Source of the DNA: Trichinella spiralis
Lineage: Eukaryota
Reading direction: 5' to 3'
DNA length: 20,000 nucleotides
Assembly: GCF_000181795.1 (NCBI RefSeq)
Contig: NW_003526944.1
Span: forward strand, 3,123,243-3,143,242
Shown in pieces: positions 1-10,779 of the stretch (the first letter of the stretch is position 1; each line of letters opens with the position of its first letter). The notes under the pieces were generated by a model that was not told where the DNA came from, did not search any database, and was given only the letters and a program-made list of their open reading frames with translations. The translations under genes were made by a program, and so were the position numbers.

Positions 1-90
1 TCAAATTTCCAACAGTGTTCATAATTTACACAAACATATATCTGTATACAAATAACACCGATGTGCAGTGTTTTGTATTGTAGAGAAAAA

Positions 91-388
91 ATGGACTACT
101 TCACGCCTACTATGTCGAATTTGTACAATGCGCAGCAAATGGTTGCCACTTGCGGAGGAAGCGACTCGTTGTCAACAATATTCAGCTCCAGTTCTGACTC
201 CAGTGATTCTACAACGACCACTGCTGTTGTGTCATCCGTAGCAGCGGCATCGCATGGATCACGAACACCAACCGGTGCAAATTCAACATTGTCGGGAAGT
301 GAATTCAGCTCACCAACTTCAGCTACATCACCAGTTAAGCCGGCCACTTACTATGCCGCTCAAGGCCATTCATACGCTTACTCCTCAG
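91..388 (+). CDS. elt-1: GATA gene coding exon 1 in window (Ser/Thr-rich N-terminal region)
   Basis: Open frame MDYFTPTM...YAYSS. Acceptor-like TTTTGTATTGTAG ends at 83 and donor G|GTAGAT starts at 389. Phase 1 joins exon 2 in frame. Confidence 0.75.
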
Positions 389-756
389 GTAGATAGACCA
401 TAATGAGCAGGCAGTGTATTTTTGCAGTTGTGATATCTGATAAACGTACAATTATCCTATAGGAAGTAATGGGCCAGCTGGGTTATATCACAGTCCCTTT
501 CACCCGGCATTGGCATCAAGCCTCAGTCTGCCCCCCAGTTGGCTGAACAGTTGCTCAGAAAATGGCAAAGCAGCGTTAACAACCGGCGGTTGGCATCCAG
601 GAAGTTTTGCACATCTCAGTCCATCAGCGCTGTATTCCGCCATGCCTGCTTCAGCCAATTTAGCCAAAGGTGCCGCAGATTTGTCAAGCAGCAGCGATTG
701 TGCCAGCAACAACTACCAGACTAGTGTGATTACCCACTCCAGCGTCGAAGTGATCA

Positions 757-787
<31 letters not shown>

Positions 788-3700
788 ACATCAGACTGCG
801 TTTGGGCCGAACGTATCCAGCGCCACCGCCTTGAATGATCACTATCCACCGAGTATTTTGGCAGCTGGTTCCGCTGCTGCAGCTGCCGCGAGCTCATTTT
901 TGACCAGTTATCATCACGCTTACGGACCGCAGACACCTGATTACGGCAGTTTGGCATTTCACTCCAACATGCTTGCCCGTAGCTTCCAACAGTGTTCAAA
1001 CAGAGTGAAATCAAAAAGTCGAAGCTTAACCGGTAAAGCACAATTGCATTGCATGCATGCAGTTGACAAACAATAATATTTGTATTCCTTGTATTTATTA
1101 TTATTATTATTATTATTTATACAGAAGGTCGAGAATGTGTAAATTGTGGAGCCACATCAACGCCACTTTGGCGGCGTGATGGCACAGGACATTACCTATG
1201 CAATGCTTGTGGACTGTACCACAAGATGAATGGTCACAATCGACCACTGATAAAGCCGAAAAAACGTTCGGTAAGTGTGGGAAGAGTTTGCACGTGAACG
1301 GTACCCTGTGTAGAGTCAGTGTATATAGTATGTGGTGTGTGTATTTCTTTTGATCATTTTCCTTCTCGCTTTCATCTTTCAACCGTAAAACGATCGATTT
1401 GCGCAAAGCCGCCAGAATGATGACAGTCACTGTCAACGGTGCATCGGCTTTTCCTGACCGCTCAGGCAATTAAGGAATCGCGGCGCCATTTTGCTGTCCT
1501 TTCAAGCTTGATGACCGCTGGTCAGTGGGCCGCTGCTGTCGCTCGATGCCAATTACCATTGATGACATAATGACATACTGGTCGTAAATGGCGTAGTACT
1601 TGGTCGGCTTTTCATGGTCGACCTCAGCTCACAAAAATATCACATTTGGTAACCGGATGTGATTTTTTAAGTGGACTGTTTATTGCTGGTCATTTTTTCT
1701 TCCACATCATCATCTTTTGTTGTTGAATGAAAACTGTTATAACTTTATTGTTTTATCAATGTGGTGGTGCGTTTTGTTTCAATTATTAATAAGCTTAACA
1801 CCCGTAACAATAACACCACCAGTAATAGTAGTATCATAACGATATTATGAGTAATAATAATAATATTATTAATAAGTCAGCATGTTTAAAAATAGGATTT
1901 ATAAATAAAGGCTGCTAGAAGTTTTTTTTTACACTTTTATCTGCAAAAATTTTCATCATAGTACAACAGTGATTTTGATGCATTAGTTTGATAGTTTTTG
2001 AAGATAAAAATGCTGAATGCTGTTGCGTGTTGTTATTACGGGATATGAAGAAAAAACATTTGTTTTTTCTTCTGAGATTGAAATTTTTCGATTGTGCAAA
2101 TGAAAGGAAGAGAGAGAGATGTATTGAGGAGGTGGCGGTTTTAAAGCGTCGCGGCGCCTGCTCGTCCCTCGTGGCTTTTGCTGAGCAATTGGCGACAAGC
2201 AGCTTGCAATTTGCGTTATTTTTTCGACACACACCCGACGGGTCGTTTTTCAGAAGCGGCATTTCAAGTTTGTCATCCATAGCCGAGCAGACACGCTATT
2301 ACCGTCTTTTCGTTACAATTAATCTTCATTAGCACGCGCTAGCGGCGGCCTCCACAACACAGTCACAGAGTGGAGGAGGAGGAGGAGGGTTCTTTGGTTT
2401 CTGTTGATCCTTTTTTTTAGTTGCTTTTCTTTTCCATCTCGTATAATACTAATCCCCACTACACTATATAATGATATATATATATATATATATATTAATG
2501 GAAGCTGATGAAATATACTTTTATTTATTTTCAGTCAGCCAGCAAACGCACCGGCATTAATTGCGCCAATTGCGGAACAAACACAACCACTCTTTGGAGA
2601 CGCAATCAAAATGGCGATCCTGTGTGCAACGCCTGTGGCCTATACTACAAATTGCACAACGTAAGTATTGAGAACGACGTTTAATTTTCGTGTGATGTGC
2701 TGATGGGCAAGTAGCAACAACAATGAATTTTATCTCAGCTAGCATGTGTATGCGCAGCGAAACGGTGACCCATTTTAGCATGCTTTTATATTTGAAAAAA
2801 AAAACGCGAAAGCAACAGATTTTTGGCTAACAGAATTAATTTTTCATCATCTCAGCCAGCGACGACTGCACATGCAACAGTTGTCCAAAGCAATCTTCGG
2901 TCGTCTGGCGCTTATTTTTCTCTTTCTCTCTAATCAGCGCGTCAGACACGGACCAAATGATGCATTGGAACAGGCGAGCATTGTTTGAAAAGTCTTTTTT
3001 CCTTGTCCACGCCGACTCATCGTTTATCCAACGACGGGGCTGTGTGTTTTTGGCTGAAGAAATTATTATTATTATTATTATTATTATTGGGAAGTGAATG
3101 CTGTGTTGTTGTCAAGCTTCTCATTATTATTATTATTACTATTACTATTACTATTATTATTGCGTTTCTTTCTAATTTCTTTTCAACATTCTTCACTTTC
3201 ACTTTCGCTTTCGCTTTCTCTGACAAGCCGACCCTAAAAACAGGATGCACACTAGGCAAGAGGCAGGCGGCTTGCGTTATCATCACACCATCGACCGAAA
3301 AAAGATTGCAATCACAAAAACATCTTTCCTTTACCTGCGCATACTTTATTATTTTGCAACACAATCATTGTGCATGGGCGGGGATATATATATGTATATA
3401 TTTCTCTTTTTTGTTATGCTTCTGTTGAGCGAAAACAAAAATTTGTGCACATCAAACACACACACACACACACCCATCTATATCTGTATATCGATACGAA
3501 CTTCAGTGATAAACTAATCGTTTAATTTCCTTGTTTTTTGAATTGATTACAAGAAGCTTGATTGTGCTTGATCAGACAACAATTGTTGTGTTTGACTTTT
3601 TGACTTACTGTTTTCGTTTTCTTCAAATTAACTTTATTATGCATGCTGAGAGAAGGTATCATCAGCACGTTACAACTTCTCAACCGAGCCAATTTGAGAT

Positions 3701-6700
3701 ATGTTGATTGGCTTCATCATTTTTAACCGTTTATGTCATTGTAATACAACAACAATGAGCAAGCATGACAGTGGAATAAGTTGCAATTTTTGCAGTTGAT
3801 CCATTTTTTCGATTGTTTTCCATGTAATCTTTTGACCGACCTTTGAATCTTTTTGAACAACAAAACAATGGAACAATGAATTTTTGTATTTAATCCCCAA
3901 AGTCATTAAAAATAATGTCATAATATTGTACTAAATAATGCAATAAATACCATAACAATGTATTTTTATAAACTAATTATTTGAATGGAATTCTTTGTTC
4001 TTTTTTTTTTGAATATAGTAAAGTGAGCAAGTTGATGATTTTGCATACATATTTTGGCATTATATAGTATTTGAGCGTCTTATTTTCTTTGTATTTTTTC
4101 TACTTGTTTTCTTTTTTAATTGTAAAAGTTTTCATTTCTATTATTATATTAATCAAGTAAGTTATTTTATTTAAGCAGAATTCACCATGTTTTAATAGTG
4201 AGTAATGTCATCTGTGCAGAGGTAGTTGTTCGATTAAATACAGATCGCTGTATGTAAATTAGGGGTTTTCTTCAACTGTAAAATTGAAAAGTTGAAATTT
4301 AATTACCACAAGCAGATGAAGCAAGCACAGGCTTAAACGCGTGTTGGTATAAGAATTTATGCTTTTTCGTCAAAATATCTGTTCAGAAGAGGGCTTTTTT
4401 TAAAAATATACTTAAGTTGAAAGTAAATTTAAAGTGCCGTTTGTCGAAGTGCTTCGAATGATAAATTACATGAAATTACATAGTAGCTGTTTTGCATGAG
4501 TGAGGCTGTGACTTCTATTTGTCAAAAGTGTGTGTGTGTGTGTGTCTAATGATCCGTGTCAGACAAAATTTTACTTCTTAATTTATGTCAGCTTTCATCA
4601 GCTTTCCGCTGTTCAATTGCAGTATGATCTTTCAACAACTATATAGTTGTTGTAAGTGAAAAATAATAAAGGTTGTATTTAAGCTGCAGTTTTGTTTTTC
4701 AAGTATAATTTGTAATAATTATCGACTATAATTAGTTTTTTTTGGGTTTCAAAAAATTATTTCGAAAAATATGAATATTAATATTTAAAGTAAAAGAGTC
4801 ACCTTTTCCGGTTGTGAAGTGCATCAGCTTGAAAAATAAATTGAATGCTTATGTGTTAATAGCAAAATTCCAGTTTTTAATCGGTCATTTACTGTTTGCT
4901 ACTATTTATTATTGCTGTGTGTATAAATAAATTAATAAATAAGTCTCCTTTGTTGGTAACTAGATGCTAATAAGAAGACCAGTGACAGTTTGTTGTTTCC
5001 AAACAAACGATAATATAATTATTAATAATTTCATTTTTGTATTTAAATTTTGAATATGAATTTGTTGGTTGTAGAGTTGAGTTCTGGTTATTAGCTAACA
5101 ATAGTCGATTAGTAGTAGTAAATGGGGAAAGTGAGCTGCTGTTGTGTGCTGTGACTTGATTGAATGAACAATGAGAAAAATGTGCTTTCTCTTTTGTACT
5201 CATGGCCGTGGTCGGTATGTTTTCTGTAGGCCTAGATTGGTGAAAATGGTGGGCATTTTGCTCTGCAAACTGTATGAACCGTATAAACGATTGTATAGTT
5301 GTCAAAGTGTCAGTTTTTATTGCACATCGGCGGCGGCACTTGGAGATGCGTCCGCGTTGTACATGAGTGACTTTTCTTTTTACTTTACTTAAACCGGCTG
5401 GCGACGTGTCAACTGGTAATAATAATGTGGAATGGAACGAAAAATGGACTCGTCTATCGAGATGCATTATTTATTATTGATCGGTGGAGAATCGTGTCAA
5501 GCAACGACGTTGGGCCAGGGCTATACTAGCTTCGACATGCCGACGGCCTGGGTTGTAAACTTGTCTTGTTTTCTCTGCTTGCTTGCTTGCATGCTTACCG
5601 TTCTCTTCCCCCTCCTCGCCCTTTTACAGCCGCATTCCTGCGGCGGGGCCAGCTAGCTAATTCTTGTCTGTTATCTTGTCGTCAGACTGTATTCTTCTTG
5701 CTCGTCAACTGTCGCCAATGTCGACTAGCCAATTAGCCTGTCAGTCGGTCATTAGTAGTGGTAGTGGTAGTAGTAGTAGTAGTAGTAATGGTGGTGCAGT
5801 TGTAAAATGCCTCCCTTTAGAGAGGTTTTTGACGGTCTCCCATTTTCCCGTCCCCTCGTATGATCGATTGCCATACACCCACGGCGCCTGAGCTCAATAT
5901 CTCGTTTTCTGTTGCGCATATGACCGAATTTGACCGCTGTCTCTTTATCAACGCTGTTTGCTGCTGCTGCTGCTCGCTTTATCGATATTTCGCCTAATTG
6001 GTCCATTTCACGGCTCTGTTGACGGGAAAGTGCCGCCGACAAGCGGTATCTTTCTCTCTTCTCATTTTAATATATCATCTGATGACCCAAAATAACGGGA
6101 GGCAGACTTGTGTTATTTCATTTTTTATATTTGTTTTTTTTACCTTTCTTGTTCATATCTTTCGTTTCTGCATGCCTGCACACAACAGAGTTGAGTAAAC
6201 ATTTTTTTCAGATTATTTTATTACCAAATTCAGTCTCTTTGTACAGATACAGATACAGATACAGATACACACGCATACAGCACATAGATTGACTGGTGGT
6301 CAAGGTTTATTATATTTTTTTCAATTTTCTATTTTTTTATAGGTAAATCGACCGTTAAGCATGAAAAAAGAAGGCATTCAAACGAGAAATAGAAAATTAT
6401 CAGGAAAAGCGAAGAAGAAACGACTGACGGCGGCGGATTGTAACGGCACTACTGCCAGTGCTGCGACGAATTTTCTTTTGCCCAACATGCTCACCAAAAC
6501 CGCTTTGGCAGCACCCGGATTAGGATCCACTGCCTACGGCGATATGGCCAAATCTTACTTGTCACTGGAAGCACCGTATGCGACCAACGTGTCCAGCTCT
6601 TTCGGCAATCACCACCACCACCATCATCATCATCACCACCACCATCCGGGGCTTCCGTCGTCGTTGACGACCGCTTTAAATCAGAGTATTAACATTGTTG

Positions 6701-6714
6701 GGGCGATAGCTTGA
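91..6714 (+). CDS. elt-1: GATA1/2/3-class double zinc-finger transcription factor; join(91..388,463..1032,1125..1270,2535..2660,6343..6714), 503 aa, possibly 5'-incomplete
   Basis: Manual splicing with four GT-AG introns of phases 1,1,0,0 gives one open frame of 1512 nt ending in TGA. It contains two CX2CX17CX2C fingers and the basic tail [55 protein letters not shown] is diagnostic of the GATA123 class. The symbol is assigned by inferred orthology. Confidence 0.93.
463..1032 (+). CDS. elt-1: GATA gene coding exon 2 (transactivation region with polyQ and polyA runs)
   Basis: Acceptor CCTATAG ends at 462 and the frame matches ORF 510..1076. Donor G|GTAAAG at 1033 follows KSKSRSLT, the usual pre-finger sequence of GATA2/3. 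Confidence 0.88.
759..788 (+). repeat. CAG/CAA repeat encoding Q10
   Basis: cagcagcaacagcaacagcaacagcagcaa, in frame in exon 2. Confidence 0.9.
1125..1270 (+). CDS. elt-1: GATA gene exon 3: N-terminal zinc finger
   Basis: Acceptor TTTATACAG, then (E)[48 protein letters not shown], then donor GTAAGT at 1271. Confidence 0.97.
2535..2660 (+). CDS. elt-1: GATA gene exon 4: C-terminal zinc finger
   Basis: Acceptor TTTTCAG, then [42 protein letters not shown], then donor GTAAGT at 2661. Confidence 0.97.
3062..3160. repeat. (TTA)n and (TTACTA)n microsatellites in intron 4
   Basis: Visible directly at 3062-3088 and 3123-3160. Confidence 0.85.
5753..5787. repeat. (TAG/TGG)n microsatellite
   Basis: tagtagtggtagtggtagtagtagtagtagtagta. 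Confidence 0.85.
6243..6268. repeat. (AGATAC)4 hexamer repeat
   Basis: acagatacagatacagatacagatac. Confidence 0.85.
6343..6714 (+). CDS. elt-1: GATA gene last exon: basic domain/NLS, polyHis, C-terminus
   Basis: Acceptor TTTTTTTATAG, then [27 protein letters not shown]...H12...SINIVGAIA*. Confidence 0.95.
   Translation, partial: VNRPLSMKKEGIQTRNRKLSGKAKKKRLTAADCNGTTASAATNFLLPNMLTKTALAAPGLGSTAYGDMAKSYLSLEAPYATNVSSSFGNHHHHHHHHHHHHPGLPSSLTTALNQSINIVGAIA
6610..6645 (+). repeat. CAC/CAT repeat encoding H12
   Basis: Twelve consecutive His codons in the last exon. Confidence 0.9.
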
Positions 6715-6965
6715 ACTTTTGTCGTTCAGAGAAAAAGCATGATCATTATTGTTCTTCAGCAAGTGGATGATAATATATGTCACAAGCCAAAAACTGTCAA
6801 AATATGTGTCGCCCGGTTTCAACTTTTAAAATTTCTTCTTCTCAATTCAACTCCACTTTACACTCCCACCACCATTTAACAACTCAGCACGGATTGATTG
6901 AGATTGATTGGAAAAAAATATTTCTATAGCTGTAATTTATTTTTCAGCATCGCGAATGCTTCCAA

Positions 6966-7041
6966 TCTTTCTTTCTTTCTCTTTCTCTCTCTCTCTCTCT
7001 CCATTTCTCTTTCTCACTCTCTCCCTCTCTCTTTTTCTTTC
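6966..7041. repeat. CT-rich polypyrimidine microsatellite
   Basis: Long (CT)n/(CTTT)n tract. Confidence 0.8.
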
Positions 7042-8078
7042 TAAATGCAAAAATATCTATTCATTTTGGCTGATGATACCAAAAAATCCCGACAACAACT
7101 TAAACGTGGAAAAATACAATTGCGGGTTCGTCGTCTACGGACACGTCAGCTTCTGTTAATTATACCATGATTGTTCTCTCCTTTTTATCTCTACCACTAC
7201 TACTTCTTTGGCTATTGTAATTTTTTATTTTCTTTATTTTCTGTATTTTTATACTACTTGCATGCGCAAACATTTAAAATCCCACCTATTATTATTATTA
7301 CGTGAACTTTTTTAAAAGCCATTTTACTCTGAAACGTTGCTGTTTTTTTTTAAAATACATATATGCCTTCACTTCTTCTTCTATCATTGCTTATTATATT
7401 TATCTACCTTTTCATTGTGTGTTTTTTTGAATACTTTTTTTTGGCTTAGCACTCGTTCATTTTGTTTGTTTGTTTGTTTCTATTTTTTTCAAATTGCAAA
7501 GCTGTGCGACGAGAGGGGTGGATGAATGAATTTTCTTCAATCATTTGACCTCCGCGCATACGCTCTGCTGCAGTAACGTGAAATGAGAAAACGAATGCAA
7601 ATGTGCAGCTGCTCTCCTCTATCTGTACCTATGATATTATTTATATACATGCATATACATACATATACATATATATATATATATATATTAGTGAATGAAA
7701 GTGCCATGGATGTACATATTTTTAAGCACTCTGTTTTTCATGTGTAAACACATTTTTATGTCGTTCTCTTTTTGCCTCTCTGTAAAAGAAGAAGAAGAAG
7801 TGACATGCTGTAATGTTGTCATTGATTAGCATTTTGTATTTTAAGAGCAGCTAAAAAAATTGTTTGCTTTACAAAAGGCTTTTGGCATTTTCAGGGCATG
7901 TTCAAATTTCACAGCAAGCATTGGCGTGTTTTTATTTCAGCTATTTATCAACAATACGCAAAGCATCCATATTCTTATAGACATACATATATGTATATAT
8001 ATGTTTGTTTGTGCGAATGTGTGTCTGTGTAGAGAGAGGGAAAGATAGAGAAATCATTTCCAAAATATTAACAGCGAG

Positions 8079-8084
8079 AATAAA
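8079..8084 (+). terminator. Candidate polyadenylation signal AATAAA
   Basis: First AATAAA seen downstream of the stop codon; earlier variant signals cannot be excluded. Confidence 0.4.
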
Positions 8085-10779
8085 CATATTATCAATTGTT
8101 TCAAAATGGAATCGACTTTGTAAAATTATGCAACATCTTTATGTGGAAGAAAAAATGAGAACATTCTTTATGATATAAAACGATCGCTCGTCAATTTTAG
8201 TGCATAATGAACAATAGGATGTGCATCATCACTGCGCTATTGTTACTGTAATTTTTCTGATAATCAGGTGCACTAAAACTAAGCATGCCAAGATGAATAG
8301 CTTTTGTTTTTTGACAACATTAATAATAACAGCAAATGGCAAATTCAATAACTTTACTACCAATTACGTATTCATAGCAATTAACATTATTTCACTTGAC
8401 CAGTACAAATTTCCGTATTCAAACCTTTTTCAACAGCGTGCTCATGAATTTGGTCATCGTCTGTAATAAGTTGGCTATCAAACTGAATAAGAAAGAATTT
8501 GTTGTCATTCTTTTATTCTCTTTTTAAAAATAAACACTATGTTTCCATACAAATATATAATAATGATAATAGTAATAATATTATTATTATGTATCCTTTG
8601 TATCAATCATACTTTTCTGCGGTCGATCTTATTAAGCGAATTATTCAAATACCGTTTTCATATTATATATATAACAAATTTAGATCTTATTAGCAAAACA
8701 AAGTGACTATTAAAAGAAAAAAAATAAATATATTTTAAATATATTTAAAAACATATATAGTTAAAATGTATGAGTGTTTTATAAGTTATATGAATTTATG
8801 TTTCATCAGTTTACTAAATTCAAAGTCTTTTATATATTTATACAGTCGATTTACATCAAAGTAAGCAGAGTAGCTACTTTTTTTCAAAGAAAAACAAAAT
8901 CAACAATCCCCCAGCTCTGCAATTAGACTAATGCTAGCAGCTACGGAATTTTATGAGTTCAATGCACAATTCGATTGGTGAATCCGTATCCCATCAGGCT
9001 AAGTTAGGTAACACTATATGAAAATTATTTGTTTAATATGCAAATTATTCTTCCTCACATGCATATCCTATTAGTAGTGTAACACTCATTCTTGTATTGC
9101 CAATGTATTCGAGGCGTGGCATTCAAATCTTTTGGTGAGTGCATCATTTTCATCATTCAAATCACAACAAAAAGACTCCCATTTGCAATCATATGGCATA
9201 TAGTAATTTTTCTAATCAAATTTTCATAAATTCTGAAACTGTTAAAAGTATCTCATCATTTGATAAATTTTAAATGTTATTGCAATGCTTTAAGATTGGA
9301 TTAATTAAAATTGTATTTATAAAAATATAAACAAATTTTCTTTATCTCAAAGTTTTCGAATTTTCAGTGTGGCATTCAAAAGGTACTTGTTGAAGTGCAG
9401 CACCAAAAATGGGCAACTTTCCCAGCACACTAATTATAGCGTTCTTCTTCAGCCAACAGCGCATTACAACAAGCAGGGAAAGCTTTCACCAGTAATTACT
9501 TAGTACATTTGCAATAAATTACTTCTAAATTTGCCACCTTCCCTATCTCAGAGCGCAGGCATCTGGCCGTTTCCAAGCTTTCTTAAACCAAAGCTGTGAT
9601 GCGTTTTTTTATTAAATGATTCAATATTTTTTTGCACATTGTAATGAGTGCCTGTTCCTAATGCTCCCGTTTTAGGTATATGTCAATGTTGTTTAACTGG
9701 TTTTTTTTTCATTTTTGCTATCATTTCTATTCTTCTCAAGGAGACAGATGAAAATTGATTGCAAGGTTAATTAAACAATCAGTTCTTTGAAATTAATAAT
9801 ATTAATGACATCGAACATAAATACTCATTGCTAACTATTGCTATATAACTATGACTTTATTCTCTTTTTTCTAATTATGTTATTAATTTGCTAATACGAA
9901 ATGACCTGGATGTTTGTTAATCCTAATAACGCAGCATAATGCATATTTCTATCGTGACATTGTTTGTTTTCTTTCGGGCTTCTTTTCAAATAGTTGTATG
10001 CGAAGCGTGTGCGGTGATTGATCAGTACGACAATACGAATCCATCCGTACAAGTGTCTGTGATTTTGTATATTCCATATTATGAATTTTGTTCATAATTC
10101 AACGTAAAACACAACAACACCAAGAATAATGTCCCACATGGAACAGAAGATATATATTTATGTAAGTTGCACGCTTTTTAGTTAATTGGTAATTACTAAA
10201 AAGAATGCTGCCCATGAATTCACAGTTTACTAACATAAATAAATCTTCCGATGTTCATAATTTTTCACATTTGGAGATCATTCTAATTTCAACTTGTCGA
10301 GATGATATTAAAAAACAGTTCTCTAGAAGAAAGATAATTTATAGTTGAAATATATGTTGGTGCAGGTATATGTCGAACCAGGTTGTTGTTTTCCTAATTG
10401 TGAAGTGAACGTCGAACTTTGCCGTCGTAAATGCAATATGTTTAGCTTCGACGTGACGCGCATAAGTCGATATTTAAAAAAAAAATTTAAAACAGATTTC
10501 AATGTCAATTATACGGTTCATTTACTTATTTTCAATTAATTTCTCATTTTCTAGAAGTAATACTATATCATAGGTGCTGTTTATATTTATTAATACTTGA
10601 TTTTCTCATCGTATACAATGCCGGATTTTGTTTTATTGAAAAGTGAATAATTTCATAAAATAACGTGCTCATTATCATCTTTATATCTTGTTTTAATTTT
10701 CAGCGACACTAAACACCTTGTTACGTGAATTTGCTTTCATTTTTGTTCACAACGATAGATTGTAAATCTTAAATGAATG

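Larger units (their letters stand above)
6715..8100 (+). other. Putative long 3' UTR of the GATA gene
   Basis: T-rich with CT and TA microsatellites. The first canonical AATAAA I see after the stop is at 8079-8084. Confidence 0.45.

Noticed and set aside
96..1469. Minus-strand ORFs 96-347, 500-712, 754-1041 and 1113-1469
   Set aside because: Antisense shadows of the GATA exons with no recognisable motifs.
2531..2540. Tandem acceptor TCAG-TCAG at exon 4
   Set aside because: The second AG is 4 nt downstream and would frameshift the C-finger.
2985..3428. 147-aa hydrophobic ORF resembling a membrane protein, and its antisense ORF
   Set aside because: The Leu/Ile/Asn runs are translations of (TTA)n microsatellites inside intron 4.
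4967..5467. 166-aa minus-strand ORF in intron 4
   Set aside because: No domain or splice support; consistent with a chance ORF.
6341..6348. AG|GTAAAT resembling a recursive splice site
   Set aside because: Explained by the conserved Val-Asn codons of VNRPL; no downstream exon is evident.
7360..7900. Possible let-7 (CTACCT), miR-124 (TGCCTT) and lin-4 (TCAGGG) seed matches in the 3' UTR
   Set aside because: Only 6-mers, expected by chance in 1.4 kb; needs conservation data.
9110..9610. GC-richer patch and GTGGCATTCAAA repeated at ~9116 and ~9369
   Set aside because: All frames I read are interrupted and the similarity does not extend; cannot assign.
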